Shown here piece after piece: positions 1 to 9,039 of a DNA stretch of 64,000 nucleotides (positions are counted from its first letter, which is position 1; each line of letters starts with the position of its first letter). This DNA is from a virus. The position numbers were made by a program, and so were the translations under genes. The notes beneath the pieces were generated by a model, which ran no database searches, was not told the origin of the DNA, and was given only the letters and a program-made list of their open reading frames with translations. The stretch lies in IMG/VR virus record IMGVR_UViG_3300035157_000972. One strand, 5' to 3'.

Positions 1-486
1 ACATGGAGAGATGTAAGAAAAAAGTTGCCTATCAATTTTGATACCTGTCAGTTTACCATTATAAATCCTAATGGTATTCATTTGAAACTGCATCATAGAT
101 TCATAAATGATTTCTCTGCTGCATGTTATATTATTACTAGACATCACGCTACAAAGGTGCTAAAATGTCATCAACGTGGTAACTTGTGGAAGATAGATCA
201 AAACATCAGACCACGAGCAGTATCAGAAGATTTGATTCTGGATAGTGGTAAAGGTTATGCTTTACCAATACTAAACTACAGACTCGATATGGGTTCTGCT
301 ATTCATGAGGAACATATAGATATATTCCACAAGGATAGTAAGCAAGGACTTGAAGAGTTCTGGAAACTAAATGGTCAAGACATTTTACTTGATCAGATTA
401 TGGAACTAGATGAATACGTTGGACGTGTTCCACCATCCGTTTACCAACAACAATTAGAAAATGACAGAGCAACAGCAACAACCTGA
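1..486 (+). CDS. Glycosyltransferase family 25-like protein, 5'-truncated by window edge
   Basis: Frame is open from base 1 (TWRDVRKKLP...); 'DFSAACYIITRHHATKVL...RPRAVSEDLI' resembles the C-terminal half of cyanophage GT25 proteins. Confidence 0.6.
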   Translation, partial: TWRDVRKKLPINFDTCQFTIINPNGIHLKLHHRFINDFSAACYIITRHHATKVLKCHQRGNLWKIDQNIRPRAVSEDLILDSGKGYALPILNYRLDMGSAIHEEHIDIFHKDSKQGLEEFWKLNGQDILLDQIMELDEYVGRVPPSVYQQQLENDRATATT

Positions 487-1204
487 AAAAATTGAACTTC
501 TAACTCAGGGTGTACAGCATGAGATGATTTTCAATGAAGGCATTGGAGTCATCAAAAATTATGCTAGTAAGGAATGGTGTAAATTATTGATTGATGCCTT
601 TGAGATGTATAATGCAACCAAGTTGTCTAAGAATGTTTTAGATGGGCATTATCAACTTGACACTACTAACGATGGAGAATCACAATTCAGACAAGGTTCA
701 ATGGGTAGAAAGGATGAGCAATTATTTCTTGAAGTAGCAGATGCAGGCATGGCATCAACCACTAATCAGATTGTGGGTGGTGCTTTTGAACATTATGTGA
801 AAGAATACAAGGGTGTGGTTGAGAGTTCTGATCCCGTATCATCATGGACTTGTAAAATACAGAAGACACAAAAAGGAGGAGGATATCATATATGGCATTG
901 TGAAGATGGTGGTTTTATGTATAGAGATAGAGTCCTTACATGGATGTTGTACTTGAATGATATACCAGTAGAAAATGGTGGTGCTACTGACTTTCTACAT
1001 CAGAAATGTTCTTTCCAACCTACTGTAGGAACTATGGTAATGTGGCCAGCAACTTATACTCATATGCATAGAGGATCTTTCTTAACAGGAGACACAGCAA
1101 AATATATTGCTACAGGTTGGTTCCTTAGAGAACCCGGAGCAGTTTCAGAAAGAATCATAAGTGAAAAACTTGGCACTCCTCAACAAGCAAACTTGAATCA
1201 GTGA
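461..1204 (+). CDS. 2OG-Fe(II) oxygenase
   Basis: HxE/D motif 'GGYHIWHCED', 'MLYLND', 'GGATDF', distal His 'HMHRG' and 'KYIATGW'. Confidence 0.85.
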   Translation: MTEQQQQPEKIELLTQGVQHEMIFNEGIGVIKNYASKEWCKLLIDAFEMYNATKLSKNVLDGHYQLDTTNDGESQFRQGSMGRKDEQLFLEVADAGMASTTNQIVGGAFEHYVKEYKGVVESSDPVSSWTCKIQKTQKGGGYHIWHCEDGGFMYRDRVLTWMLYLNDIPVENGGATDFLHQKCSFQPTVGTMVMWPATYTHMHRGSFLTGDTAKYIATGWFLREPGAVSERIISEKLGTPQQANLNQ

Positions 1205-1923
1205 TAATATATTCTTGCATAACCAATGGTTATGATAAGATACCTGATGATCATTTTTATGATCCGACTGTGAAATATGTGATGTATTATGATGGGGACA
1301 TAGAGCAGAAAGGTAGTTGGGAATTTATAAAATGTGATAGGCAAGAACCTGATTGGATAAAATCATACTACCCTAGATGTATGTCTCATACATTATTTGA
1401 CGAACCACATGTGTGGGTAGATGGGTGCTATACCATGCCACTTGATTTTGTAGAGAAGTCAAAACAATTTCTACAAAATGAACTGACATTGCAAGACCAC
1501 CCACAGCAGAGAACAATTGTACAAGAATTTTATAAACTATACAAAGTAGGATTTGCAACTGAAGATGAACTTGTAAAACTAGCAGAGGATATGTCACATG
1601 TTGGATTCAAACCATCACAACATAAACAGTCCTTGAATTGTTGTATATGGAGACAGAGCACAGAGAAGGTAAAAGAATGGAATGAATGCTATTGGAACTG
1701 GTATAGAAATCATTGTCAGAGGACTGATCAGATAGCAAGTTCTATTGCTGAACAACTTATTATGAAAGCAGATAGAGTTCCTATGCAAATTGATTGGAAT
1801 ATAAGCACCAGACAAAAATCATACAATGAGACATATACAATGTATGAAAATAAAGAAGATGATCAATTCATAGATAGGATAAGTGTAGCACTCAAAACCA
1901 AAAGATCTCTTATGGGTCTATGA
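1201..1923 (+). CDS. DUF616/TOD1-MUCI70-like glycosyltransferase, paralog 1
   Basis: 'IIYSCITNGYD', 'WVDG', 'HPQQRTIVQE', 'RTDQ' motifs; GTG start overlaps the upstream stop. Confidence 0.65.
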   Translation: MIIYSCITNGYDKIPDDHFYDPTVKYVMYYDGDIEQKGSWEFIKCDRQEPDWIKSYYPRCMSHTLFDEPHVWVDGCYTMPLDFVEKSKQFLQNELTLQDHPQQRTIVQEFYKLYKVGFATEDELVKLAEDMSHVGFKPSQHKQSLNCCIWRQSTEKVKEWNECYWNWYRNHCQRTDQIASSIAEQLIMKADRVPMQIDWNISTRQKSYNETYTMYENKEDDQFIDRISVALKTKRSLMGL

Positions 1924-2717
1924 TAATCTATACATGTATTACTAATGGTTATGATGTTCCAGAAGGACATTACATAGATCCTGATGTAAGATATGTCTTA
2001 CTACATGATGGTTCTGTTGAAGTTCCTGATGGTTGGGAAGGTATTGATGTAAGAAAAACTTTCAAATGTGATGAACCAGTAAGACAATCATACTATCCTA
2101 AGATAAATCCACATAAGTTTTTTGACAGGGGTGAGGATACTGTATGGTTAGATGGTGGATATCGTATAACAAAACATTATGTAGATTTTTGTAGAGAACA
2201 ATTCAGACAAGGAGATTTTACAAGGTTACAGCACCCAGAAAAATGCACCTTCTATGAAGAGATGATGGAAGGTTTTATGTGTCAGTATTTTACCTTTGAT
2301 GATGTGGTGGCAGCAACAAAAACATATGCTGAAGCAGGAATGAACTTCAGAAAGTATGGTAGTATTTTGTGCACATCAATATGGAGAACTATCAATGATA
2401 ATACAATAGCATTTGATGAGTTGTACTGGAAATACTATGATATGCATTGGATAATTACAGATCAAATGGCATTTGATCTATCAATGCAATTGAATAATTA
2501 TTATGCAAGAGTAATTACAGATCGTGATAGTGTAGGAATACTAGGTCATACAGGTAGAGTGAATAGAAGAGGTCCAAGACCTAAGTATGGCATAAAGGGA
2601 CAACAATCACGAGAGATGGAACTCATACAGGAGATGTATAAGTATACAAAATTACATCCTAAATTGTATTATAAGAGAGACTATACTTATTTGATGAAAA
2701 GGCACGGTTTGATATGA
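1920..2717 (+). CDS. DUF616-like glycosyltransferase, paralog 2
   Basis: 'IIYTCITNGYD', 'YPKINPHKFF', 'VWLDG', 'HPEKCTFYEE', 'TDQMAF'. Confidence 0.65.
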   Translation: MIIYTCITNGYDVPEGHYIDPDVRYVLLHDGSVEVPDGWEGIDVRKTFKCDEPVRQSYYPKINPHKFFDRGEDTVWLDGGYRITKHYVDFCREQFRQGDFTRLQHPEKCTFYEEMMEGFMCQYFTFDDVVAATKTYAEAGMNFRKYGSILCTSIWRTINDNTIAFDELYWKYYDMHWIITDQMAFDLSMQLNNYYARVITDRDSVGILGHTGRVNRRGPRPKYGIKGQQSREMELIQEMYKYTKLHPKLYYKRDYTYLMKRHGLI

Positions 2718-3463
2718 TAATCTATACATGTATCACAAATAATTATTGCAAGTTACCAGAGACCATGCCCGAAGGTCATGAGTACTATTGTTTTGGTGAA
2801 GCAGAAGCAGTGGGACCATGGAAGGTGCTGCCCGGAAAAGATTGCGGTGACCCAGTAAGATCGTCAAGGTATTATAAGATCAATTGTCCATTTGACTCAA
2901 GTGTATATGTTGATGCATCAAAACTACACTTGCTTAGAGAACCTTTTTTTACTATAAGTCATGAGATATTGAATACTTATGATGATAAGATGTTTTGTTT
3001 AGAGCACCCACATAGACACTCTTACCTGAATGAGATGATGGAATATTATTGTATGGGGTGGTGGAGTAAGAGTCAGATCATGCAATACACTGCTGAACTC
3101 AAAGACTATGGATTTGATTTCAAGAAATTCTTTTCACCCTTATGTACAATACTATGGAGAAAGAATCGTAAAGAGTTTAATGACATGTGGTGGAGATGGT
3201 ATGAACGAGGAGGTGTGAGAGATCAAATGTCATATGCTACAGCATTACAAGCATTGAAAATGAATTTTAGATACGATGATTCGATTAAGTTTTTGAATAA
3301 CTTTACGAATGCAGGGTATAAAGGTGAGTGGTGGGAGACCAGACAAGGTGATTACTCATATTTCAAAGCAAAAGAAAAAGATCATGTGTTAGATGTTCTC
3401 TGTAAGATGACAGGACTGTCTTCTTTTAGGTACAAACCATGCTGTAGAAGACGTACTAAATAA
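2714..3463 (+). CDS. DUF616-like glycosyltransferase, paralog 3
   Basis: 'IIYTCITNNY', 'SRYYKI', 'YVDAS', 'HPHRHSYLNE', 'RDQMSY'. Confidence 0.65.
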   Translation: MIIYTCITNNYCKLPETMPEGHEYYCFGEAEAVGPWKVLPGKDCGDPVRSSRYYKINCPFDSSVYVDASKLHLLREPFFTISHEILNTYDDKMFCLEHPHRHSYLNEMMEYYCMGWWSKSQIMQYTAELKDYGFDFKKFFSPLCTILWRKNRKEFNDMWWRWYERGGVRDQMSYATALQALKMNFRYDDSIKFLNNFTNAGYKGEWWETRQGDYSYFKAKEKDHVLDVLCKMTGLSSFRYKPCCRRRTK

Positions 3464-3481
3464 AAACAGCAAAGTTTTATT

Positions 3482-4774
3482 ATGTTATCAGTACATCAGC
3501 ATTGGGATCCACTAAAAGTATGTGCAGTGGGCAGATGTTATCCACCGGAATATTTCAACTACATTCAAAACTCAAAAGTCAGAGGAGTTTTTCATCGTAT
3601 AGCAGAGGAGACTGAAGAGGACTATCAGAAACTTATATCTGTACTTGATAAGTTTGATGTAAAGGTAATAAGAACTGACATAACAGATAATCCAGAGGAC
3701 TATCGTAGACCCGATGGTACTATGAAGTCACCACCCATGGTTCCCAGAGACTATACTGCGATGGTTGGGTCTAAGTTTTTCATGCCCGGAAAAAACTTTG
3801 GAAAAAATATTGATATTGAGTGGGAACTAAAGTGTATTATGAACACAAGTTCATTGCAGATGAATCATATATCAGACTTCCATAAAGATTTACTGAATTA
3901 TGTTTATGATCTTACATTTCCCGGAAGACCTGTGTCATCCTCTACTCAATCAATGCTTTTAAAAACTTTGAGAGGTATGAAAGCAGGTGCTGTAGGAAAT
4001 ATATTGCAGGCAATTGATACTGAGGATCTCAAGAATGTTATATTCCAAGGACATACAAATACAATAGGTAAGACCTCAAAATATGTACACGATGATAAGA
4101 CATATCCTTTCAAGACACTAGAGAAATTTGTTACTGATAGTGGTAATGAAATTGTATATGATCAATACATCAATTCTGCATCTATGATTAGACTAGGTAA
4201 GGATTTATATTTTGCTCTTGGTAATATAATCAGTAAAATGAATGAAAATAACTTCATGAAGAAATGGAAAAAATTATTTCCTGATTATAATATTCATCCA
4301 ATATCTACTCCCGGACATTCTGATGGTACTATGTGTCCTGTAAAACCCGGATTGATTCTTAGTCTTAGAGAACCTGAATTCTATAAAGAGTCATTCCCCG
4401 GTTGGGAAGTTGTGACTTTAGAAGGCGAGAGTTGGCATAAGGTCAAACCATTTATGGATAGAAAGGGGAAGACAAGGGGAAGATATTGGGTGCCAGATGC
4501 AGATGATTCTTTCTATGATTTTGTCAACGAGTGGATGGATGATTGGGTGACCTATGTTGAAGAGACAGTATTTGATCTAAACATGCTAGTTATTGATCAG
4601 CATAATGTTATTGTCAACGGTGAAAATAAAAAGGCATTCGATGCTTTTGAAAGACATGGAATTACACCACACATCGTAAAATTTAGACATAGATATTTTT
4701 GGGATGGAGGATTGCATTGTATAACATCTGATATTTCAAGGGAGGGAGAGCAAAAAAGTTTATTCAATGTATAG
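3482..4774 (+). CDS. Amidinotransferase (glycine/inosamine-phosphate amidinotransferase family)
   Basis: 'HQHWDPLKVCAVG', 'PMVPRD', 'GHSDG', catalytic Cys in 'FWDGGLHCITSD'; carries an internal insertion. Confidence 0.85.
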   Translation: MLSVHQHWDPLKVCAVGRCYPPEYFNYIQNSKVRGVFHRIAEETEEDYQKLISVLDKFDVKVIRTDITDNPEDYRRPDGTMKSPPMVPRDYTAMVGSKFFMPGKNFGKNIDIEWELKCIMNTSSLQMNHISDFHKDLLNYVYDLTFPGRPVSSSTQSMLLKTLRGMKAGAVGNILQAIDTEDLKNVIFQGHTNTIGKTSKYVHDDKTYPFKTLEKFVTDSGNEIVYDQYINSASMIRLGKDLYFALGNIISKMNENNFMKKWKKLFPDYNIHPISTPGHSDGTMCPVKPGLILSLREPEFYKESFPGWEVVTLEGESWHKVKPFMDRKGKTRGRYWVPDADDSFYDFVNEWMDDWVTYVEETVFDLNMLVIDQHNVIVNGENKKAFDAFERHGITPHIVKFRHRYFWDGGLHCITSDISREGEQKSLFNV

Positions 4775-5039
4775 AGTTGTATTTGTTGGGAGTATAAAGA
4801 ACTTGACTCCTGAGTATGAGAAATATAATGATGATCTATATGCTAGTGCTAAAACATTAGATGGATTCATTGGTATTGATACTGATGTGATTGAGGGTAC
4901 TGAGATAACAATAAGTAAATGGAAAACTAAGAAAGATGTAATGGGGTGGGCGATGGACCCACTGCACATGGAAGCAAAAAAACAAGTAAATAAGTGGTAT
5001 AATTGGTACAAATCTTATCATCTTGACTGTGACTCCTAA
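4767..5039 (+). CDS. Antibiotic biosynthesis monooxygenase (ABM)-domain protein
   Basis: 'DGFIGID...ITISKWKT...WAMDPLHMEAKKQ...WYNWY' is the ABM pattern. Confidence 0.75.
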   Translation: MYRVVFVGSIKNLTPEYEKYNDDLYASAKTLDGFIGIDTDVIEGTEITISKWKTKKDVMGWAMDPLHMEAKKQVNKWYNWYKSYHLDCDS

Positions 5040-5478
5040 AGAAAAAATCGAAGAGTGGGTACTCAATACACTGAGTGAACCTCATAATAAATTTGGTGAC
5101 TTACCTCCATGTCCTTATGCTAAGAAGGCATGGTTAGATGGTAATGTAGAGGTCAGGATGTGGAAAGACTTTGGAAGTTTTAGATATGATAAGTGGGAGA
5201 AAGAAGTTACCATCTATGTTATGGATCCATATACATCACCAGAGTTCTTGTCACAGATGACAAAAAACTTCAATAACTTATATCCTGACTACCTATTCTT
5301 AGAGGAGCATCCTGATCTAGTGGAAGACGTAGGTGGGTTTGTAGTAAATCAGGGAGAACTTATATTACTAATTGTACAGCAAAGAAAACCTTTAGAAGAA
5401 GCAAGAGATAAATTGCAGGGGACTTCTTACTATGAACACTGGACTCCTGAGATGAAGGAGAGAATCATTGAGCGTTAG
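5023..5478 (+). CDS. Hypothetical protein, DUF1415-like
   Basis: 'IEEWV...PPCPYAKKAW', 'EEHPD'; coupled to neighbours. Confidence 0.5.
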   Translation: MTVTPKEKIEEWVLNTLSEPHNKFGDLPPCPYAKKAWLDGNVEVRMWKDFGSFRYDKWEKEVTIYVMDPYTSPEFLSQMTKNFNNLYPDYLFLEEHPDLVEDVGGFVVNQGELILLIVQQRKPLEEARDKLQGTSYYEHWTPEMKERIIER

Positions 5479-5692
5479 AACAGTCAAGTGGTTTAGTGCT
5501 ACAATCATATTGACTGCCATGGTCTTTCACGTATTAGGATTGACACCGTGGAATAGTATGCTACAATTGGTAGGTGCTACCGGTTGGACATACGTAGGTA
5601 TCAAGTGGAGAGAAAGGGCAATAGTTTTGAACTTCCTTCCACAATTTTTTATCATAGTCCCCGGTCTCATATACATGTTACTAAAATCATGA
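5468..5692 (+). CDS. Small integral membrane protein
   Basis: Three hydrophobic segments; overlaps both neighbours. Confidence 0.6.
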   Translation: MSVRTVKWFSATIILTAMVFHVLGLTPWNSMLQLVGATGWTYVGIKWRERAIVLNFLPQFFIIVPGLIYMLLKS

Positions 5693-5934
5693 CTAAACCT
5701 TACGATGATTCCAATTGGAGAGAAGAGTACAAAGGTTACGTAAGTAACAAAATGAAACTCAAACTATTAGAAGACGGACCTCATAGTTTGGCACAGGCAT
5801 GGTTACTAGGTGCAATGCATTCTGATTGGAAGAGGATCAAGGGTTACGATAAACTCGATCCCAAACCTAATGAAGGTCAGAATCAATCTAGTTTGAAAGA
5901 GTTCCTTCAAAGGCACAAGGATCAAGGTATATGA
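5689..5934 (+). CDS. Conserved cyanophage hypothetical protein
   Basis: ATG at 5689 overlaps the upstream stop; 'YDDSNWREEYKGY...GPHSLAQAW'. Confidence 0.65.
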   Translation: MTKPYDDSNWREEYKGYVSNKMKLKLLEDGPHSLAQAWLLGAMHSDWKRIKGYDKLDPKPNEGQNQSSLKEFLQRHKDQGI

Positions 5935-6491
5935 TTTTTCATTCGATTGACTTCGAGTTATCTGATGATGACAAACAATACATCAGGGACACCTATCTAA
6001 CTGATAGATTTACTCGAAAGACTCTGAAAAATAAACCTCTGTACTACACAGGTTACCATCATTCACCTACCTCTGAGAACAGAACTGGTAGAGATGTTCA
6101 GAAGTTTCTAGACACAAGGTTGTTACAAATTTACACACCAATTATAAAAAAAGAACTTACTGAACAGCGATTATTTGAAGCAGATCCATCAGCGATCTAT
6201 TCATATCAACATATCTGGGCACAGATATATACAAAGAGTCTAGGTAAAGGTATCGGTGCACACCACCATTACCCTGACCAATCGAATCTATTTTCATGGA
6301 TTCATTTTGTCGATGTACCCGACGAAGATTGTCTCTACTGGGAGATGAATAGTGGTAAAAAGATTTACCCACAACCACAACGATCAGGTAAAATGATCTT
6401 CTTTATTCCTTGGACATGGCATGGTGTTGACCCAGTTGAGTCACAGGAAGAGAGAATTGTTGTAGCAGGAAACGTAATGAGACTAAAATGA
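5931..6491 (+). CDS. Putative 2OG-Fe(II) oxygenase
   Basis: 'WAQIY...HHHY', 'FSWIHFV', 'HGVDP...ERIVVAGN'. Confidence 0.7.
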   Translation: MIFHSIDFELSDDDKQYIRDTYLTDRFTRKTLKNKPLYYTGYHHSPTSENRTGRDVQKFLDTRLLQIYTPIIKKELTEQRLFEADPSAIYSYQHIWAQIYTKSLGKGIGAHHHYPDQSNLFSWIHFVDVPDEDCLYWEMNSGKKIYPQPQRSGKMIFFIPWTWHGVDPVESQEERIVVAGNVMRLK

Positions 6492-6724
6492 AAGCAGTCC
6501 TCTGGTCAAAAGACAACTGTCAATGGTGTGAAAGAGTTAGACAACTCTTTGCTGCCACTAAAATTGAATACTTAGAATACAAACTGGACAGAGACTTTAC
6601 TCGTAACCAGTTTTATGAAGAATTTGAGAAGGGTGCTACCTTTCCACAGGTTCAACTTGACAACAAACACATAGGTGGATGCAAAGAAACATTGAAGTAT
6701 CTCCAAGAGAAGAAATTGATCTAG
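6488..6724 (+). CDS. nrdC: Glutaredoxin
   Basis: CxxC 'CQWC', 'TFPQV', 'IGGC'. Confidence 0.9.
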   Translation: MKAVLWSKDNCQWCERVRQLFAATKIEYLEYKLDRDFTRNQFYEEFEKGATFPQVQLDNKHIGGCKETLKYLQEKKLI

Positions 6725-6807
6725 GAGAAATAAATAAGGGTGTAGAACTCTTGATGCGGAGAGAAACTAATCATCTTCCAACTGAAAATCTTACTAGGAG
6801 AAAACAC

Positions 6808-7026
6808 ATGCAAGCAGCACTCATAACAATCGGTGTATTCACAGGCATTCTCACCCTTTCTGTAGGGGTTATCCTAGGGTATATTCTACGCACCTATATA
6901 CAGGACAACAACCAAAATGCATATACTTATCATCCAGAAATGTTTGATGAGAATGGACAATTAGTTCCTGACGAAATCATTTCATTCCGAATCGAAGGGG
7001 ACGAATCTACTGAACTTGAAGATTAA
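6808..7026 (+). CDS. Conserved cyanophage membrane-anchored protein
   Basis: AGGAG before ATG 6808; N-terminal transmembrane helix, 'HPEMFDENG'. Confidence 0.65.
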   Translation: MQAALITIGVFTGILTLSVGVILGYILRTYIQDNNQNAYTYHPEMFDENGQLVPDEIISFRIEGDESTELED

Positions 7027-7028
7027 TT

Positions 7029-7478
7029 ATGGCAAAACTACCTGACAACCCTTTAGTATCTGAACTGTTCAAAGCAGTTCATGGTAAGAAAGATAAAGGG
7101 GGAAAGAGAGATCTCCTATCACAACACAAACGTGATGATGTGAAAGCACTATTGATTTGGAACTTTGATAAGCAAATAAAAAGTGCCATACCAGAAGGAG
7201 AAGTACCTTACAAAAAGAATGAAGCACCCATCAACTCTGGAGGACACACACGTCTCGTTCATGAGTGGAGAACTCTTTACAATTTCATAAGAGGTGGTAA
7301 CGATCAACTCTCTCAGATGAAAAGAGAGACCATGTTTATTCAATTACTTGAAAGTTTACATGAGTCTGAAGCAGAATTACTGATGCTAGTAAAAGATAAG
7401 AAACTACAAACAAAATACAGAATCACCAGAGCACTGGTAGAAGAAGTATTTAATGAGATACAATGGAGAGATAAGTAA
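7029..7478 (+). CDS. Conserved T4-like hypothetical protein
   Basis: 'IPEGEVPY', 'KRETMFIQLLESLHESEAELL'. Confidence 0.7.
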   Translation: MAKLPDNPLVSELFKAVHGKKDKGGKRDLLSQHKRDDVKALLIWNFDKQIKSAIPEGEVPYKKNEAPINSGGHTRLVHEWRTLYNFIRGGNDQLSQMKRETMFIQLLESLHESEAELLMLVKDKKLQTKYRITRALVEEVFNEIQWRDK

Positions 7479-7744
7479 TGGTCAGAGTACTTCATGAGAA
7501 GTGTGACAAAAAGGTTGCAGATAATCCGAAACTGCCTTACAATGCATATCTCATAGAGTACAAAGAAGGCGAGGAGCATTTCTTTGATGTCGCTATTGCA
7601 GATAGGGCAGTGGATATATTTGATCACTACTATGATAAGAGTAGTAAGTTTGTCAACATGACTCAAGCAGGAGGTCTAGTCAACCCTAAACAGTGGACAG
7701 ATCCATCCTTACCACCCCCAAAGAAAAACCGTAATAAAAGATAA
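7478..7744 (+). CDS. Conserved cyanophage hypothetical protein
   Basis: 'LPYNAYLIEY...VDIFDHYYD'; coupled to the upstream ORF. Confidence 0.65.
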   Translation: MVRVLHEKCDKKVADNPKLPYNAYLIEYKEGEEHFFDVAIADRAVDIFDHYYDKSSKFVNMTQAGGLVNPKQWTDPSLPPPKKNRNKR

Positions 7745-7771
7745 AGACTTGTTACAAATGTAGTGATATCC

Positions 7772-7800
7772 TTGCATAAATAGAATCGGTATGTTATGAT
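7772..7800 (+). promoter_or_regulatory. Sigma70-type promoter overlapping a late promoter element
   Basis: TTGCAT-17 bp-TATGAT, with ATAAATA at 7776-7782; predicted start falls just before the riboswitch. Confidence 0.65.
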
Positions 7801-7807
7801 ACCATTA

Positions 7808-7895
7808 CGTTCATCAGGTAACACTGACGCAAGTAAGTCAAGACTCGGAACGGATCGTTCATCCCATTGGGACGCAAAAGTTGACCGAAGGAACG
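7808..7895 (+). ncRNA. Tandem glnA-class (glutamine) riboswitch aptamers
   Basis: Two units, CGTTCATC..GACGCAA..GAC..GGAACG (7808-7852 and 7856-7895), each closed by a CGTTC/GAACG stem, upstream of a DUF4278 ORF. Confidence 0.8.
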
Positions 7896-7928
7896 GGGCA
7901 AAAATCCCAACTACTAAGGAGAAAACAA

Positions 7929-8054
7929 ATGGCAAAAGTCACTTACAGAGGTGTCGAGTACGACTCAAAAGAGTACAACGCTAAAGTGCTTGCAGAAGCA
8001 AAGCAGCGTGAAAGACACGAACTAATGTATCGTGGACTAAAGGTTGCAAAATAG
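7929..8054 (+). CDS. DUF4278-family small protein (41 aa, not in ORF track)
   Basis: MAKVTYRGVEYDSKEYNAKVLAEAKQRERHELMYRGLKVAK with two YRG motifs; AAGGAG upstream. Confidence 0.8.
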   Translation: MAKVTYRGVEYDSKEYNAKVLAEAKQRERHELMYRGLKVAK

Positions 8055-8106
8055 TTGCTAAAAGGTACAAATACCTATATAATAATATAAGTATTATTAC
8101 CTACAC

Positions 8107-8190
8107 ATGACAAAGTTATTCTATCAACTCTGTTTTTTAGCATTCATATTTTCAAGCATTGCATATCTTCCTAGACTTGCATATGCATAA
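8107..8190 (+). CDS. Putative 27-aa hydrophobic peptide
   Basis: MTKLFYQLCFLAFIFSSIAYLPRLAYA; preceded by TATAAT-like sequence. Confidence 0.4.
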   Translation: MTKLFYQLCFLAFIFSSIAYLPRLAYA

Positions 8191-8213
8191 TGTCTACAAC
8201 TAAATACAATCTC

Positions 8214-8253
8214 AGAAGGGGTGCTTGACACCCCTTTTTCAATCCAATATAAT
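8214..8253 (+). terminator. Terminator hairpin overlapping a sigma70 promoter
   Basis: AGAAGGGGTG-cttga-CACCCCTTTTT; TTGACA(8225)-17 bp-TATAAT(8248). Confidence 0.6.
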
Positions 8254-8255
8254 AT

Positions 8256-8441
8256 ATGAATACACTCAAACAAACAGTAAAACTAATCAAGGCAGCACTC
8301 AAACACAAGCATCTATACTCCAAGAAAGAAGTTTTCTACATGAAGAATTCATTGAAGGAGGCAAAGAAAGAACTAAAGATGCAGAAGTCTGTCAAGTCAT
8401 TGCAAGAAAATGAAAGTACAACTAATAACAGTAACGCCTGA
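8256..8441 (+). CDS. Small basic hypothetical protein
   Basis: Lys-rich 61-aa ORF directly upstream of thyX. Confidence 0.5.
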   Translation: MNTLKQTVKLIKAALKHKHLYSKKEVFYMKNSLKEAKKELKMQKSVKSLQENESTTNNSNA

Positions 8442-9039
8442 CGCTGAAAAGAACATGGCATTTGTTGCCAGAGTATCTAATCCAAATAATCAGGACAACG
8501 AAAACTTTTCTGGACTGTTAAAGTATTGCATCAAGCATCAGCATTGGTCTGTATTTGAGCAAGCACACATGACACTTGAGATTGAAACTACCCGTGCTAT
8601 TGCAGCACAAATTCTTCGACATCGTAGTTTCACATTCCAAGAGTTCTCTCAAAGATATGCACAGAGTCACGAACTCGGAGAGATACAACTACCAGAACTT
8701 AGAAGACAGGACGTAAAGAATAGACAGAATAGTATAGATGATCTGGATGCTGATGTTGTTGATAAACTCAACCGTCAGATGATCACTCTATTCAGTTCTG
8801 CTGAGAGTCTTTATAAACAGATGATTGATAAAGGAGTTGCAAAAGAATGTGCAAGAATGGTTCTACCATTATGCACTCCAACTCGGATATATATGACAGG
8901 ATCAGTGAGATCTTGGATACATTATATAAACTTACGTTCAGCACATGGTACTCAGAAGGAGCACATGGAGATTGCTGAGTCGTGTAAGGATGTATTCAAG
9001 AAACAATTCCCTGTTGTATCTGAAGCACTTGAATGGTAA
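8410..9039 (+). CDS. thyX: FAD-dependent thymidylate synthase
   Basis: 'HWSVFEQA', signature 'RHRSFTFQEFSQRY', 'KECARMVLP'. Confidence 0.95.
   Translation: MKVQLITVTPDAEKNMAFVARVSNPNNQDNENFSGLLKYCIKHQHWSVFEQAHMTLEIETTRAIAAQILRHRSFTFQEFSQRYAQSHELGEIQLPELRRQDVKNRQNSIDDLDADVVDKLNRQMITLFSSAESLYKQMIDKGVAKECARMVLPLCTPTRIYMTGSVRSWIHYINLRSAHGTQKEHMEIAESCKDVFKKQFPVVSEALEW

Noticed and set aside
461-1204. 2OG oxygenase as a TET/JBP DNA-modifying enzyme
   Set aside because: Motifs fit the common prolyl-hydroxylase-like cyanophage family; no TET/JBP features recognised.
7750-7771. Possible NtcA box upstream of the riboswitch
   Set aside because: No GTA-N8-TAC match.
7796-7984. 62-aa ORF in the track
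   Set aside because: Overlaps the riboswitch; the ORF at 7929-8054 has a ribosome-binding site and family motifs.
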